Positions 45,717-56,291 of a stretch of 64,000 nt of DNA are shown here, piece after piece. The notes under the pieces are model-generated. The model was not told the origin of the DNA, ran no database searches, and worked only from the letters and a program-made list of their open reading frames with translations. How positions within the stretch are numbered: position 1 is the first letter of the stretch; every line of letters begins with the position of its first letter. Both the position numbers and the translations under genes were made by a program. This DNA is from Desulfobacterales bacterium (GTDB lineage: Bacteria; Desulfobacterota; Desulfobacteria; Desulfobacterales; JAUYIZ01). The DNA lies in the NCBI GenBank assembly GCA_030688615.1, contig JAUYIZ010000358.1, positions 1,006 through 65,005 of the forward strand, written 5' to 3'.

Positions 45717-47821
45717 AGAGTCTCTTTAATAAAGAACGCGCAGCCGCGTTCGCCCGGCAGTATCCTGCTCTGCCGGAGGATCTGGCCCTGCGGGTGTACA
45801 CCTCGCGTCTTATCGGCGCCGATAAAAATCTCGTGCTGCACGGCGGCGGCAATACGTCCGTAAAATTAAAACAGCACAACATCCTGGGAGAAGAAGAGGA
45901 GCTGCTGTATGTCAAGGGCAGCGGGGTGGACCTTTCAGGCATCCGGCCGGACCAGTTTGTCGGCCTGTTTACGGCCCCCTTAAAAAAACTGCGCCGGCTG
46001 GACAGCATCTCGGACGAGCAGATGGATCTTCAGCTGAAAATACACCGGTCTTCCCATTTTTCCCTGAATCCCTCGGTTGAAGCGCTTCTGCACGCGTTTC
46101 TGCCCCACAAGTTCATCGACCATACCCATGCCGACAGCATTCTGATCCTCTCCCATCAAAAAAACGGCCCGGACCTGATGCAGCAGGTTCTGGGACCGAA
46201 AATTGCCGTGTTGCCCTACGTCGCGTCCGGGCTTTGCCTGGCCCAAGCGGCCCTGGGCGCCTTTGAGGCCCGGCCGGAAATCGAAGCCATCGTGATTTCA
46301 AGTCACGGCATCTTTACTTTTGACCGGGACGGCCGCCGGGCCTATGAAAAGATGATTCATTATGTGGCCAAGGCCGAAGCGTACATCCGGAAAAAGAACC
46401 GCAAGCGGGCCGTTTTGACCCCCCGCACGGGCCTGATGCCGCCGGAAGACCCAAAATCCGTTGCGGCCTGCTTTGCCCAGATGGTGCGGGGAATGTGCGC
46501 CGGGTCATTGTCAGATGACCGTTTCAGGCGATTTTATGTGGAATTTCGCACCGGGGCCGAGCTGGTCCGGGCCTCCCTTGCCCAAGAGGCCGAAGCCATC
46601 TGCCGTTCCGGGGTCTTGACCCCCGATCATGTCATTCGCACCAAAAACAAAATAGTCCATATTGAATCGCTGCCCCAGACCGAAGCGGCGCTCAAAGCGC
46701 TGGTCGGGCGCAAGATCAATGCCTTCCAACGAGACTACCGCCGGTACTTCAACAGCCAGATACGCTCCAGTGGCATCCGGCCAAAAGCAATGGACCCTCT
46801 GCCCAGGCTTTTTCTGGTGGCGGGCCTGGGCCTTTTTGCCCTTGGGTTTACCGCCCGGGAGGCGTGCATTGCGGCCGACATCGGTGAGCAGACCCTGAAG
46901 GCCAAGTTGTCCGCCCTGGGGCTTGGAAGCTATCTGCCCATTTCGGACGACCACCTGTTTGACATGGAATACTGGCAGCTCCAGCAGCAAAAACTGGACC
47001 GATCGGTCCCGGGCCTCCTTCAGGGCCAGGTGGCCCTGGTCACCGGCGGCGGCGGCGCCATCGGCTGCGGCGTGGCCGACCGGCTGCTGGCCTCGGGCGC
47101 GGCCGTGGCCATCGGGGACAAGGATGCATCCCGGCTGAAAAAAGTTCACCGGGTGCTGGCAAAAAAATACGGGCCCGGCCGGGTGCAGGGTGTCGTCTTT
47201 GACGTGACCCGATACGCTGCGGTGGAAAAGGCCTACGAGGATGTCAGCTGCCGTTTCGGCGGCATCGATATCCTGGTCCCCAACGCCGGCATCGCCCATG
47301 TGGCCAGGCTGGAAGAGCTGGACCCGGCCAAGCTGGATCAGGTCCTCGCGGTCAATTTAAGCGGGACTTTCACCGTTATCAAAGCGGCCATCCCGGTGTT
47401 TAAAAGGCAGGCGACCGGGGGCAATATCATCCTGATCAGTTCAAAAAATGTCTTCGACCCGGGTGCGGCCTTCGGCGCCTACAGCGCGTCCAAGGCGGGC
47501 GCCCATCAAATTGCCAAGATCGCCGCGCTGGAACTGGCGGAATACGGAATTCGCGTGAACATGGTCAACCCGGATGCGGTGTTCGGGGACCATAGAATAT
47601 CTTCCACCCTCTGGGACCTGGTGGGCCCGGAGAGAATGAAATCCAGGGGGCTTGACGCAGCGGGTTTACAGGACTACTACCGGCAGCGGAGCCTGTTGAA
47701 AACCCGGGTTCTGGCGGAACATGTGGGCAATGCCGTTGTTTTTTTTGCCAGCAACCAGACGCCGACAACCGGCGCATCCCTTCCGGTGGATGGGGGGATA
47801 CCGGCAGCCTTTCCCAGATAG
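45713..47821 (+). CDS. Bifunctional class II aldolase/adducin-domain plus short-chain dehydrogenase protein (RhaD-SDR-like)
   Basis: The N-terminal half has HGGGNTS and DHTHAD. The C-terminal SDR half has VTGGGGAIG, NAG and YSASKAG. The GTG start overlaps the upstream TGA (GTGA). Confidence 0.75.
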   Translation: MKSLFNKERAAAFARQYPALPEDLALRVYTSRLIGADKNLVLHGGGNTSVKLKQHNILGEEEELLYVKGSGVDLSGIRPDQFVGLFTAPLKKLRRLDSISDEQMDLQLKIHRSSHFSLNPSVEALLHAFLPHKFIDHTHADSILILSHQKNGPDLMQQVLGPKIAVLPYVASGLCLAQAALGAFEARPEIEAIVISSHGIFTFDRDGRRAYEKMIHYVAKAEAYIRKKNRKRAVLTPRTGLMPPEDPKSVAACFAQMVRGMCAGSLSDDRFRRFYVEFRTGAELVRASLAQEAEAICRSGVLTPDHVIRTKNKIVHIESLPQTEAALKALVGRKINAFQRDYRRYFNSQIRSSGIRPKAMDPLPRLFLVAGLGLFALGFTAREACIAADIGEQTLKAKLSALGLGSYLPISDDHLFDMEYWQLQQQKLDRSVPGLLQGQVALVTGGGGAIGCGVADRLLASGAAVAIGDKDASRLKKVHRVLAKKYGPGRVQGVVFDVTRYAAVEKAYEDVSCRFGGIDILVPNAGIAHVARLEELDPAKLDQVLAVNLSGTFTVIKAAIPVFKRQATGGNIILISSKNVFDPGAAFGAYSASKAGAHQIAKIAALELAEYGIRVNMVNPDAVFGDHRISSTLWDLVGPERMKSRGLDAAGLQDYYRQRSLLKTRVLAEHVGNAVVFFASNQTPTTGASLPVDGGIPAAFPR

Positions 47822-47827
47822 TGTCAA

Positions 47828-48694
47828 TTACACCCGGCCGCCGCTCCACCTTAGCTTGGCTTTTAAAACATCAAAGTAGTGCTGGCCCGGCAGGGCGATC
47901 ATCTGGACCGGGCAGGACCCTTTCTGGATAATTATCGTATCCCGGTCGTCCAGCTCGAGGCCTTTCTGCCCGTCGAACGTCAGCAGGATGTCGGAAGATT
48001 TTTCCTCCAGGACTATCTTGATGAGAACCGAATCGGGCACAATCAGCGGGCGGTTGGTCAGGGTGAACGGACAGATGGGCGTCATGATAATGCCGGGGAC
48101 TTCCGGGTGTACAATCGGCCCTCCGGCGGCCAGGGAGTAGGCGGTGGATCCGGTGGGGGTTGAAACGATCAGCCCGTCTGCCCGGTAGATGGTCAGGTAG
48201 TGATCGTTGATATATGTTTTTATGTTGGCCAGCCTGGCCAGGGCGCCCTTGTTGATGACCACGTCGTTGAGCACGGTCTCAGCGGCCACCTGTTTTCCGT
48301 CCCGGAAAACCTTAACCTGCAGGCGCATCCGGGCCATGGTGCTGAATGCGCCGTTTAAAACCGCCTCGGCCGCCGCAAAGAGGCGGTCTTCGGTGGTTTC
48401 CGCCAGAAATCCGACGTCACCGAACTTGACGCCCAGTATCGGGACCGCCCGGTCGCCGATCCAGCGCACCGCGCTTAAAAAGGTCCCGTCCCCGCCCAGA
48501 ACGAAAATGCAGTACAAATCCTCAGGGGCCTGGTCCCCGAGGCCCCCGGCCGGCTTTAGCCCGGGGGACGGGCTTTCTTTCCGGACCACCGCCACCCCTT
48601 TGGACCGGAGCCATTTTTCCAGTTTGTCCGCCTGCCGGCCGGCTGTTTGATCTGATTTTACAACGATGCCTATTTTTTTGGTGAAATCACCCAT
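47828..48694 (-). CDS. nadK: NAD(+) kinase
   Basis: [18 protein letters not shown] and [18 protein letters not shown] are present. Confidence 0.85.
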   Translation of the reverse strand: MGDFTKKIGIVVKSDQTAGRQADKLEKWLRSKGVAVVRKESPSPGLKPAGGLGDQAPEDLYCIFVLGGDGTFLSAVRWIGDRAVPILGVKFGDVGFLAETTEDRLFAAAEAVLNGAFSTMARMRLQVKVFRDGKQVAAETVLNDVVINKGALARLANIKTYINDHYLTIYRADGLIVSTPTGSTAYSLAAGGPIVHPEVPGIIMTPICPFTLTNRPLIVPDSVLIKIVLEEKSSDILLTFDGQKGLELDDRDTIIIQKGSCPVQMIALPGQHYFDVLKAKLRWSGGRV

Positions 48695-49974
48695 CGGTTC
48701 TTCCCTTTGATTTATTCAGGTCTGTTTTCCAGGGCCTGACGGCCAGTGCGACGCCAATGGCAAGCGTTATCAAGAGCCAGTCCAGACCGATCAGCACGAT
48801 CGAGGCCCATGAATAGCCTTCATAGGGCTTGGCAAGCTCACCGTACAGGTCCCCGATAAGAATGGTTCCCAGAACCAGCGGCACAAAATATTTTACGAGC
48901 AACACCCAGCCCAGCCCGAGTTGAATCGACGATATTTTATTGATGTGCCGCCGTAAAACATCCAGCTTGAAAAACCACCCCACCAGTATGCACTCGGCAA
49001 TTCCCACGATCACGAGGCCGTAATGGGTAAGAAAATGGTCCACGATATCCAGCCACACCAGACCGGACTGGGTGGTAAAGACAATGGAACCTAAAAACCC
49101 CAGGGCGCAAATCAGGCTGACAATCCTTTTGCGGTCCATGCCGAACTTGTCCACCACCGCTGCGGTGAACGCCTCAATGATGGAAATGGATGATGAAACC
49201 CCCGCAATAAAGAGGCTGAGAAAAAAGACGGCGCCGAAAAAATTCCCGCCGGGCATCAGGCTCACGGCCTTCGGGTAGGCCACAAAAGCCAGGCCGATGC
49301 TTTTGGTGACAACCTCCGCAATGGGCTTGCCCTGGGATGCTGCCATGAAACCCAGCACGGAAAAAACGGCAAAGCCTGCAAACAGGGAGAACCCGCTGTT
49401 GATAAACGCGGTCAGGATCGCATTTCTTGTCAGATTTGCCTTTTTGGGCAGATAACTCGCATAGGCGATCATGATGCCGAAACCGAGGCTGAGGGTGAAA
49501 AATATCTGGCTGTACGCATCAATCCAGACCTTTGGTTTGACCAGATACGAAAAATCAGGCGTCAGATAGGCTTTAATGCCGCCCATGGCCCCCTCCAGCG
49601 AAAGCGACCAGAAGACCAGGACCGCGGTGAGAATAAAAAAAGAAGTTGAGGCACCATCCGATAATGACGATGTAGTAAAGTTCGATGCCGAACATGACAA
49701 ATGTCACCGCCCACCAGCCGAGCCATTCCCAGTTCTTTCTTATCTTGGCATATGCCAGCGGGGCAGACCCCACCCGTTCGTGCCCGATGCCGAACTCGAG
49801 GATCAAAAGCGTCACCCCGGCCGTCAAAAGCGCCGCCAGGTAAGGTATCAGAAATGCGCCGCCGCCGTTGCTGTAGGCCATGTAACTGAAACGCCAGATA
49901 TTGCCCAGTCCTATGGCGGACCCCACCGCCGCCATCAGAAAACCGTACTGGCTCTTCCATTGTTCCCTTGCCAT
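48687..49974 (-). pseudogene. Neurotransmitter:sodium symporter (NSS/SNF) family transporter interrupted by a +1 frameshift in a T7 run
   Basis: The N-terminal ORF (49573-49974) has GFLMAAVGSAIGLGNIWRFSYMAYSNGGGAFLIPY. The remainder continues in another frame (48687-49700). The frames cross at the A7 run 49635-49641 (T7 on the coding strand). Removing one T gives a continuous 428-codon ORF reading ...WCLNFFFILTAVLVFW... Confidence 0.7.
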
Positions 49975-49995
49975 TTTTAAAGCCTCCTCTGGAGT

Positions 49996-50628
49996 TCAGA
50001 CAGCCAGAATTTTTTCCAGTTCCCGCAGATGACGGATATGTAGCCCGGCGCCAAGACTCCGGTTGTCGTACGCGGCAAAAGGGACCCCGGCGGCCCGGGC
50101 CGCAGCCTCATCCAGGGGCGAATCCCCGACATAAAGGGCCTGGGCCGCAGAAATCTTAAAGTGCTCCAGTATGGTAAGAAGCTGTTCAGGATGCGGCTTG
50201 GGATGTTTCACATCCAGTGCGTTTACCACCAGGTCAAAATCGTTCTCCAGCCCATGCGCCGCCAGGACCCTATGAATGGTTTCGGCCCGGTTGGTCGCAA
50301 TCGCCGTGTGATATCTGCCCCGCAGCTTTTTCAGCAGCGATTTTAATCCGGGCTCGATCTCCATTAATCTGATAAAAGGCTGATAATCCACATTTTTTCG
50401 ATATTCTTCTGCGGCCCGGATCAGGTCTTGGTCCCCAAGGATGTGGGCCACCGACTCTGCGGGCGTGTGCATGTGCACAAATTTAAACTGGTCGGGACTC
50501 ATGGGTTCTTTGCCGAAATGCTGCAAAATCCGGTTGTAGAACGCCGTGTTGGCTTGGGTCGTGTCGAACATCACCCCGTCGCAGTCAAAGGCGATGACTT
50601 TGATATTTTTCATGAATCCATTGTCCAT
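49996..50628 (-). CDS. HAD-superfamily hydrolase (phosphoglycolate phosphatase-like)
   Basis: Motif I is IAFDCDGVMFDT. Motifs TNR and YVGDSPLD are also present. Confidence 0.75.
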   Translation of the reverse strand: MDNGFMKNIKVIAFDCDGVMFDTTQANTAFYNRILQHFGKEPMSPDQFKFVHMHTPAESVAHILGDQDLIRAAEEYRKNVDYQPFIRLMEIEPGLKSLLKKLRGRYHTAIATNRAETIHRVLAAHGLENDFDLVVNALDVKHPKPHPEQLLTILEHFKISAAQALYVGDSPLDEAAARAAGVPFAAYDNRSLGAGLHIRHLRELEKILAV

Positions 50629-50742
50629 CCTGGCGGCAATCTCCCATTCAACTTATTTAAAAGCGCCGATCAACAGCCAGTCGCCGGAAAAATATTTTAC
50701 CATCCAAGCGTCTTCTTTTTTCATCCGAACCTCACCCTTATC

Positions 50743-53742
50743 CTATATTCCGGACTCCGTCGCCAGGTCAGCCGGAGCCAGCAGCCCGATAAGCTCTTCC
50801 CGGCTGAAGGTTTTCAGCAGTCCCGGGTCGTCCTCCCGGACGACCCGGTCCATCAGATTCTTTTTCTTGGCGATGATGGCCGATATTTTTTCCTCCAAAG
50901 TGCCTTCGGTGACCAGCTTAAATACCTGCACACCACGCCGCTGTCCGATGCGATGCACCCGGTCGGTTGCCTGATCCTCTTTGGCAGCATTCCACCAGCG
51001 GTCATAGTGAATGACCACGGAAGCGGCCACCAGATCGATCCCGGTACCGCCGGCTTTTAAACTGCCCACGAAAACCCGACAAGCCGAATCCTCGTTGAAT
51101 CGCTCGATAAGGTCGCCCCGTTTCCGGCTCTGACCTGTGAGCACCACATGGTCGATTTTATTTTCGGAAAGATACAGTTCGATGATGCGGATCATTTTCA
51201 CAAACTGACTGTAAACCACCACCTTCTGGCCGCTTTCGAGGGCCTCGGTCAGCAGTTCGGTGAAAAGTTCCCATTTTCCCGATGACAGTTGATGGTATGT
51301 TTCAGGCACGTCCTCCAGTTGGGCCGGGTGATTGCAGATCTGCTTGAGCAGGGTAAGCAGGGCGAATATGTGGATGTAGGGGATGTCGGCCTGCGGGGAC
51401 TGAAGCTTTTCCATGATGCCCATGCGACGGGAATCCAAGGCCTCCCGGTAGAGTTTCACCTGGTCTTCCGAGAGCAGGCAAAAGCGAAGGTCTTCGATTT
51501 TTTCGGGCAATTCGGCCAGCACCGATGCTTTCAAGCGGCGCAGTGTAAAAGGGAAAATGATCCGGGACAGGGCCTGCGGCTGGGAACTGGTTGCGTCATT
51601 TTCAACGGCATCGACATACAGCCGTTTAAAAGATGCATCAGACCCCAGATAGTCCGGCAAAACCAGGTCCATCATGGATTTTAGATCCCAGAGACAATTT
51701 TCGATCGGCGTGCCGGTGAGTCCTACTTTCATGTCAGCCCTCAAAGCGCAGGATGCCTTGAAGCTTTTGGTTTCTGCATTTTTAATCTGCTGTATCTCAT
51801 CGAAAACAGCAAGGGAAAAAGCAATCTCAGCCAGCTTTGCCACATCTCTTAAGACAATGCCGTAGGAAGTGATCAGCAGATGCACATCTTCAAGCATGTC
51901 TTTCAAGTTTCGGTCCTGCCCGTAATAAACCGCGGCTTTAAGCGACGGCGCATGCTGTCGTATCTTTTTTTCCCAGTGGCTGATAACCGTGGTGGGGCAT
52001 ACCACCAGAAAAGGCCCGCGATGTTTGGCCTTCAGGCAGAGCATCCATGCCATGATCTGGTGGGTTTTTCCCAGCCCCATGTCGTCGCAGAGCAGGCCGC
52101 CGAAGCCGTTCTCATATAAAAACCAGAGCCACTCGAGCCCTCGCTGCTGGTATGTCCTGAGCGCAGATGTCATCCTGTCGGCCTTCGGCGGCAGGGATGT
52201 CGACTTGAGGGTGAGCATTTGCCGGATGAGGTCCGCTGCCGGGGTTTCACCCAGGACTTCAGCATTGTTATTTAACGCAACCGCCAGCCGGAACAGGTGC
52301 ATTCGTTTCAGCCTGAAACCGTCCGTTTCATCGCCAATGGCTTCCTTTGAATCGAAGATATTAAAAATGCTTTCTATTCCCGGGGCTCGGACATCCACCC
52401 AGCCATCTTCGATGCTGACGTACCGTTGCCTGTCTTTCCGGGCCTGGATAATTTTATCCAGGGAAAGCGATGAATTGCCGAAGCCGTAGGTTGCCGAAAG
52501 CCAGCACCAATCCCTTTCCAATGCGCTGGGGCAGATTTTTATGTGTGACGGGGCATTAAAAACTTCCAGTCCTTTTGTGCTGTCTCCGAGCAGATTGGCG
52601 CTGTTTCGAATCAACTCGCCATAGGTTTTCAGAAAATCAGGCACATCCGCTTTTCTGATGGTTGTATTCAGCCGGCCCCCATAAGCCTTGAACAGCGCAT
52701 CCGGGGGAGCGATCGGCACCATCATGTCGCTTTGGGAAAGGTAAAACAGGGTGCCGAAGGTGAATTTTTTGACCTGTCTGTGGGAAAACTGCCGCTGCCG
52801 GCCGTCTTCCGGCTGATACAGATACACCGGAGATAACCGGAGCGCGCCCCGGGAATCTTTCCGGATTTTCAGCACCGGCTTTACAGATGCTGCAGACAGG
52901 GTTATTTTTCTATTGCTCGATACAGGAACGGCTGGATCGCTCAATAACCGGTCCGCGGCATTTTTCGGGACCACAAAACGAAAAGGTACGGCCTGACCGG
53001 CGCCGACAACGCATATTCTGAATTGCCCTGAAGCCTTATCAATCTCATGATTCCATGAAAATCCACCGGCCCCAAGTTCTCTGAACGCATGATAGGCCAT
53101 GCGAAACCAAACCGATTCTTCCATGGCCTGGCGCCGGGTCTTCATGCCCATGTCCATCAATTTTCTTTCGTTTTCGGAAAGCGTAAAAAGCGCCAGCCGT
53201 TTGAGAACATCGCATCGGGTGCTGTAAGGTTCGTCGGAATTGCCCCGTATGCGGCTGATAAAACGGTCCCGGTCTGCACCGCCGGAATAATAATCAACCA
53301 AAACTTCATCTTGCGGGCCAACGACTTGAAAACATGGCAGGTCGTCCCGGGATGCAGCCACGACCCGAATGGATTCGCACGGGGTTCGGTCCGCATCCGA
53401 AAGCAGTTGCGCCAGATGATACCAAACGCTGTTTCTGAATTCGTCAAAAAGGCCGATGGGCCGCTCCCCGCTGCGGCAGGCTTTCAATATGTGCGACAAA
53501 TCTTTGATGTGCCGGCACGTTTTGGATCTGAAGTCGCTGCAGGAACAGCCCCGATACGACAAGGCTTCTTTTTCAGCTAACACCATGATGGCGATACCCT
53601 GCTGAGCATCTTGTTTTTTCGGCAGCAACGCCACCACATTACGGTGAAATTCGATCCGCTCGGCAATGGTTGCATCGTCTTGCATATCCGAAAAATAAAC
53701 TCTCGGCGGCAAGGAAGCCACTTCTTTACTTTGTCTCATCAT
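50743..53742 (-). CDS. SNF2-family helicase with an N-terminal SWIM zinc finger
   Basis: SWIM motif: CSCSDFRSKTCRHIKDL. SNF2 motifs: LLCDDMGLGKT, DEIQQIKN, TGTPIEN. Helicase C motifs: LKAGGTGIDL, QATDRVHRIGQ. Confidence 0.85.
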   Translation of the reverse strand: MMRQSKEVASLPPRVYFSDMQDDATIAERIEFHRNVVALLPKKQDAQQGIAIMVLAEKEALSYRGCSCSDFRSKTCRHIKDLSHILKACRSGERPIGLFDEFRNSVWYHLAQLLSDADRTPCESIRVVAASRDDLPCFQVVGPQDEVLVDYYSGGADRDRFISRIRGNSDEPYSTRCDVLKRLALFTLSENERKLMDMGMKTRRQAMEESVWFRMAYHAFRELGAGGFSWNHEIDKASGQFRICVVGAGQAVPFRFVVPKNAADRLLSDPAVPVSSNRKITLSAASVKPVLKIRKDSRGALRLSPVYLYQPEDGRQRQFSHRQVKKFTFGTLFYLSQSDMMVPIAPPDALFKAYGGRLNTTIRKADVPDFLKTYGELIRNSANLLGDSTKGLEVFNAPSHIKICPSALERDWCWLSATYGFGNSSLSLDKIIQARKDRQRYVSIEDGWVDVRAPGIESIFNIFDSKEAIGDETDGFRLKRMHLFRLAVALNNNAEVLGETPAADLIRQMLTLKSTSLPPKADRMTSALRTYQQRGLEWLWFLYENGFGGLLCDDMGLGKTHQIMAWMLCLKAKHRGPFLVVCPTTVISHWEKKIRQHAPSLKAAVYYGQDRNLKDMLEDVHLLITSYGIVLRDVAKLAEIAFSLAVFDEIQQIKNAETKSFKASCALRADMKVGLTGTPIENCLWDLKSMMDLVLPDYLGSDASFKRLYVDAVENDATSSQPQALSRIIFPFTLRRLKASVLAELPEKIEDLRFCLLSEDQVKLYREALDSRRMGIMEKLQSPQADIPYIHIFALLTLLKQICNHPAQLEDVPETYHQLSSGKWELFTELLTEALESGQKVVVYSQFVKMIRIIELYLSENKIDHVVLTGQSRKRGDLIERFNEDSACRVFVGSLKAGGTGIDLVAASVVIHYDRWWNAAKEDQATDRVHRIGQRRGVQVFKLVTEGTLEEKISAIIAKKKNLMDRVVREDDPGLLKTFSREELIGLLAPADLATESGI

Positions 53743-53757
53743 TCAGTTCTTCTATCC

Positions 53758-56199
53758 TCACATCAGGGAAATCGGGTCCACATCCACGGTCACCGAGACC
53801 GCCGGGTTGTTGAACAGCAACATATTTTCAAACATCAGGCGGCGGACAAACCCGTGGAGCGCTCGAAGCTGCCTTCCTTTGATAAAAATCTGCCATCGAT
53901 ACTGTTTCGCGATCCGGCCAATGGCGGCTTCCGAAGGCCCCATGAATTCCACGGAATTCAGAAAGGACCGGTTGCCCTGCCGTATCCGGTCACACAAGCG
54001 GCCCAGGGTATTTGCCAGCATGCGGGTTTTTTCCGGGTCCCGGCCGGAAATCCGGAGCATGACAATCCGTGAAAAGGGCGGGTAGTTCAAGGCTTTGCGG
54101 AAACCGATTTCCCGGGCGTAGTAGGCTTTGAAATCCTGCTTTTTTGCGGCGATGATGCTGAAATGCTCCGGGTTGTACGTCTGGAGGATCACCTTGCCGG
54201 GGCGTGCCCCCCGGCCGGCCCTGCCGGAGACCTGCGCCAGGAGCTGAAAGGTGCGCTCTTCGGCCCTGAAATCCGGAAAGTTCAACGACAGGTCGGCGCA
54301 AATGATGCCCACGAGGGTGATATTTGGAAAATCATGACCCTTGACCACCATCTGGGTTCCGATCAATATGTCGATGGTTTGATTTCGGACCCCTTTCAAT
54401 ATGTTTAATACGGACCCTTTCCGCACCGTGGTATCCCGGTCCATTCTCGCCACGGCCGCGTCAGGGAAAAGGTGCTTTACCGCTGCTTCCACTTTTTCAG
54501 TGCCGAAACCGAGCAGTTTTATCTTCCCGGCGCCGCAGGTTTTACATGTTGCGGCACCGGGCGCGGTGAACCCGCAGTAATGGCATTTGAAGACATCTGT
54601 TTCCCGGTGAAAGGTCAGGGAAATATCACAATGGTCGCATTTGACGGTTTCACCGCAGGCGCTGCAGACCGGAAAGTTCGCAAACCCCCGTCGATTCAGA
54701 AAGATCAGCACCTGTTCGCCCCGTTCCAGGGTTTCTTTCATCCCTTCAAAAAGTTCGGCGGTAATCAAGCGGCCCGGCCCCCTGAGATCCCTGCTGTGGC
54801 GCAGATCCAGAATTGTCATTTCCGGCAAAGGCCGCTTTTCAATCCGGTGTTTCAGGGTCACTTCGGTAAACTTGCCCGTGCCCACGTTGTAGTACGAGTC
54901 GATGGCCGGCGTGGCGGAACCCAGCAGCGCCACGCAGTTGGAAAGTTTCGCCCGCACGGTGGCCAGGTCCCGGGCGTTGTAACGCAGGCCGGCCTCCTGT
55001 TTATAGGACGGGTCATGTTCTTCATCCACCACGATGAGGCCCAGATTCTCCAGGGGCGCGAAAATTGCGGACCTTGCCCCGATGACAATGGGCACCTGGT
55101 CATGCAGGATGCGCATCCACTGATCGAACCGCTCGCCCTGGGAAAGCCGGCTGTGGAGCAGGGCCACGCATTCACCGAAACGGGCGCGAAAGCGTCGGCC
55201 CATTTCAGAAAGCAGCGCGATTTCAGGAACGAGCATCAGCACGCAGCGGCCCTTTTTTATTACATTTTCGGCAAGCTGCATATAGATTTCCGTCTTGCCG
55301 CTGCCGGTCACGCCGGTCAGCAGAAAAGTGGAAAATCCCTTGTCCAAAAAACTTTCCACCCTGGAAAACACCGCTTCCTGGTCCTCGGTCAGTACCCGGG
55401 CGGCATCCGGATCAATGGTCTTGCCGAAAGGGTCCCGGTAAACTTTCCTGGAAACAATTTTAACCTGTCCCTTTTTTTCCAGCGCCCTGACATGGGCGGG
55501 GGCGGTTGCAACGCGGGTTTTTAAATCTTTCAGAGAGATTTCCCCTTCGGACTTCAGGGCGTCGATAATCTTCTTTTTGGACCCGGACAGGGCCTCTGCC
55601 GCAATGTCCGCACAACCCAGGGAAACATACCGCGCCATCCGGTGGCCTGCGCGTTGCGCTTGAAACTCTTTTTTGAGGGAAATACAGCCCCGCTGGGCCA
55701 TCGTCTGGATCAGCACGCCGGGAATATCCCTGTTCAGGCGCCGGCACAGGTCATTTAAACGCCCGGGCCCCTTTTTCAACTGGACGAGAATTTCTTTTTC
55801 TAAAAAAGATGCCCCGTTTCCTTCCAGAAATGCTTCCCCGGTTTTGGTGATGGCAATTTCGGTAAAATCAAACAGCGTCAGTCCACCCGGAAGCGCGGTT
55901 TTGATCACGTCTCCGATGGGATGGATATAGTAATCGGCGATCCAGCGGAATAAAGGTACCATGGATTGCGGGAAAATAGGGGTTTCATCCAGAATGTCCA
56001 GGATGGTTTTTATTTTCACGGCGTCTATTTTTCTGCCGGGCCCCAGGATATAGCCGGTTATTCTCCGCTGCCGGAAGGGCACCAGCGCTCTTTTGCCTGC
56101 AACGGCCAGGGAGGATTGATCGTCCGGGGCCTGATATATGAACGTGTTGTGCACGGGCAGGGCAACCGCGACTTCGATATAGGGCCTGTCGGAGCTCAT
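53758..56199 (-). CDS. priA: Primosomal protein N' (replication restart helicase)
   Basis: GVTGSGKTE, VVDEEHD, Cys-rich zinc-binding region CSACGETVKCDHCDISLTFH...CHYCG, then GTQMVVKGHDFP. Confidence 0.9.
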   Translation of the reverse strand: MSSDRPYIEVAVALPVHNTFIYQAPDDQSSLAVAGKRALVPFRQRRITGYILGPGRKIDAVKIKTILDILDETPIFPQSMVPLFRWIADYYIHPIGDVIKTALPGGLTLFDFTEIAITKTGEAFLEGNGASFLEKEILVQLKKGPGRLNDLCRRLNRDIPGVLIQTMAQRGCISLKKEFQAQRAGHRMARYVSLGCADIAAEALSGSKKKIIDALKSEGEISLKDLKTRVATAPAHVRALEKKGQVKIVSRKVYRDPFGKTIDPDAARVLTEDQEAVFSRVESFLDKGFSTFLLTGVTGSGKTEIYMQLAENVIKKGRCVLMLVPEIALLSEMGRRFRARFGECVALLHSRLSQGERFDQWMRILHDQVPIVIGARSAIFAPLENLGLIVVDEEHDPSYKQEAGLRYNARDLATVRAKLSNCVALLGSATPAIDSYYNVGTGKFTEVTLKHRIEKRPLPEMTILDLRHSRDLRGPGRLITAELFEGMKETLERGEQVLIFLNRRGFANFPVCSACGETVKCDHCDISLTFHRETDVFKCHYCGFTAPGAATCKTCGAGKIKLLGFGTEKVEAAVKHLFPDAAVARMDRDTTVRKGSVLNILKGVRNQTIDILIGTQMVVKGHDFPNITLVGIICADLSLNFPDFRAEERTFQLLAQVSGRAGRGARPGKVILQTYNPEHFSIIAAKKQDFKAYYAREIGFRKALNYPPFSRIVMLRISGRDPEKTRMLANTLGRLCDRIRQGNRSFLNSVEFMGPSEAAIGRIAKQYRWQIFIKGRQLRALHGFVRRLMFENMLLFNNPAVSVTVDVDPISLM

Positions 56200-56291
56200 T
56201 TCTTTTTCCTTGACACAGGGGCCGGCTTTTTTTAATGATGATTTGGACTTTACACGAAACCGTCAAAATCACTTTCAAAGGAGATTCTCCC

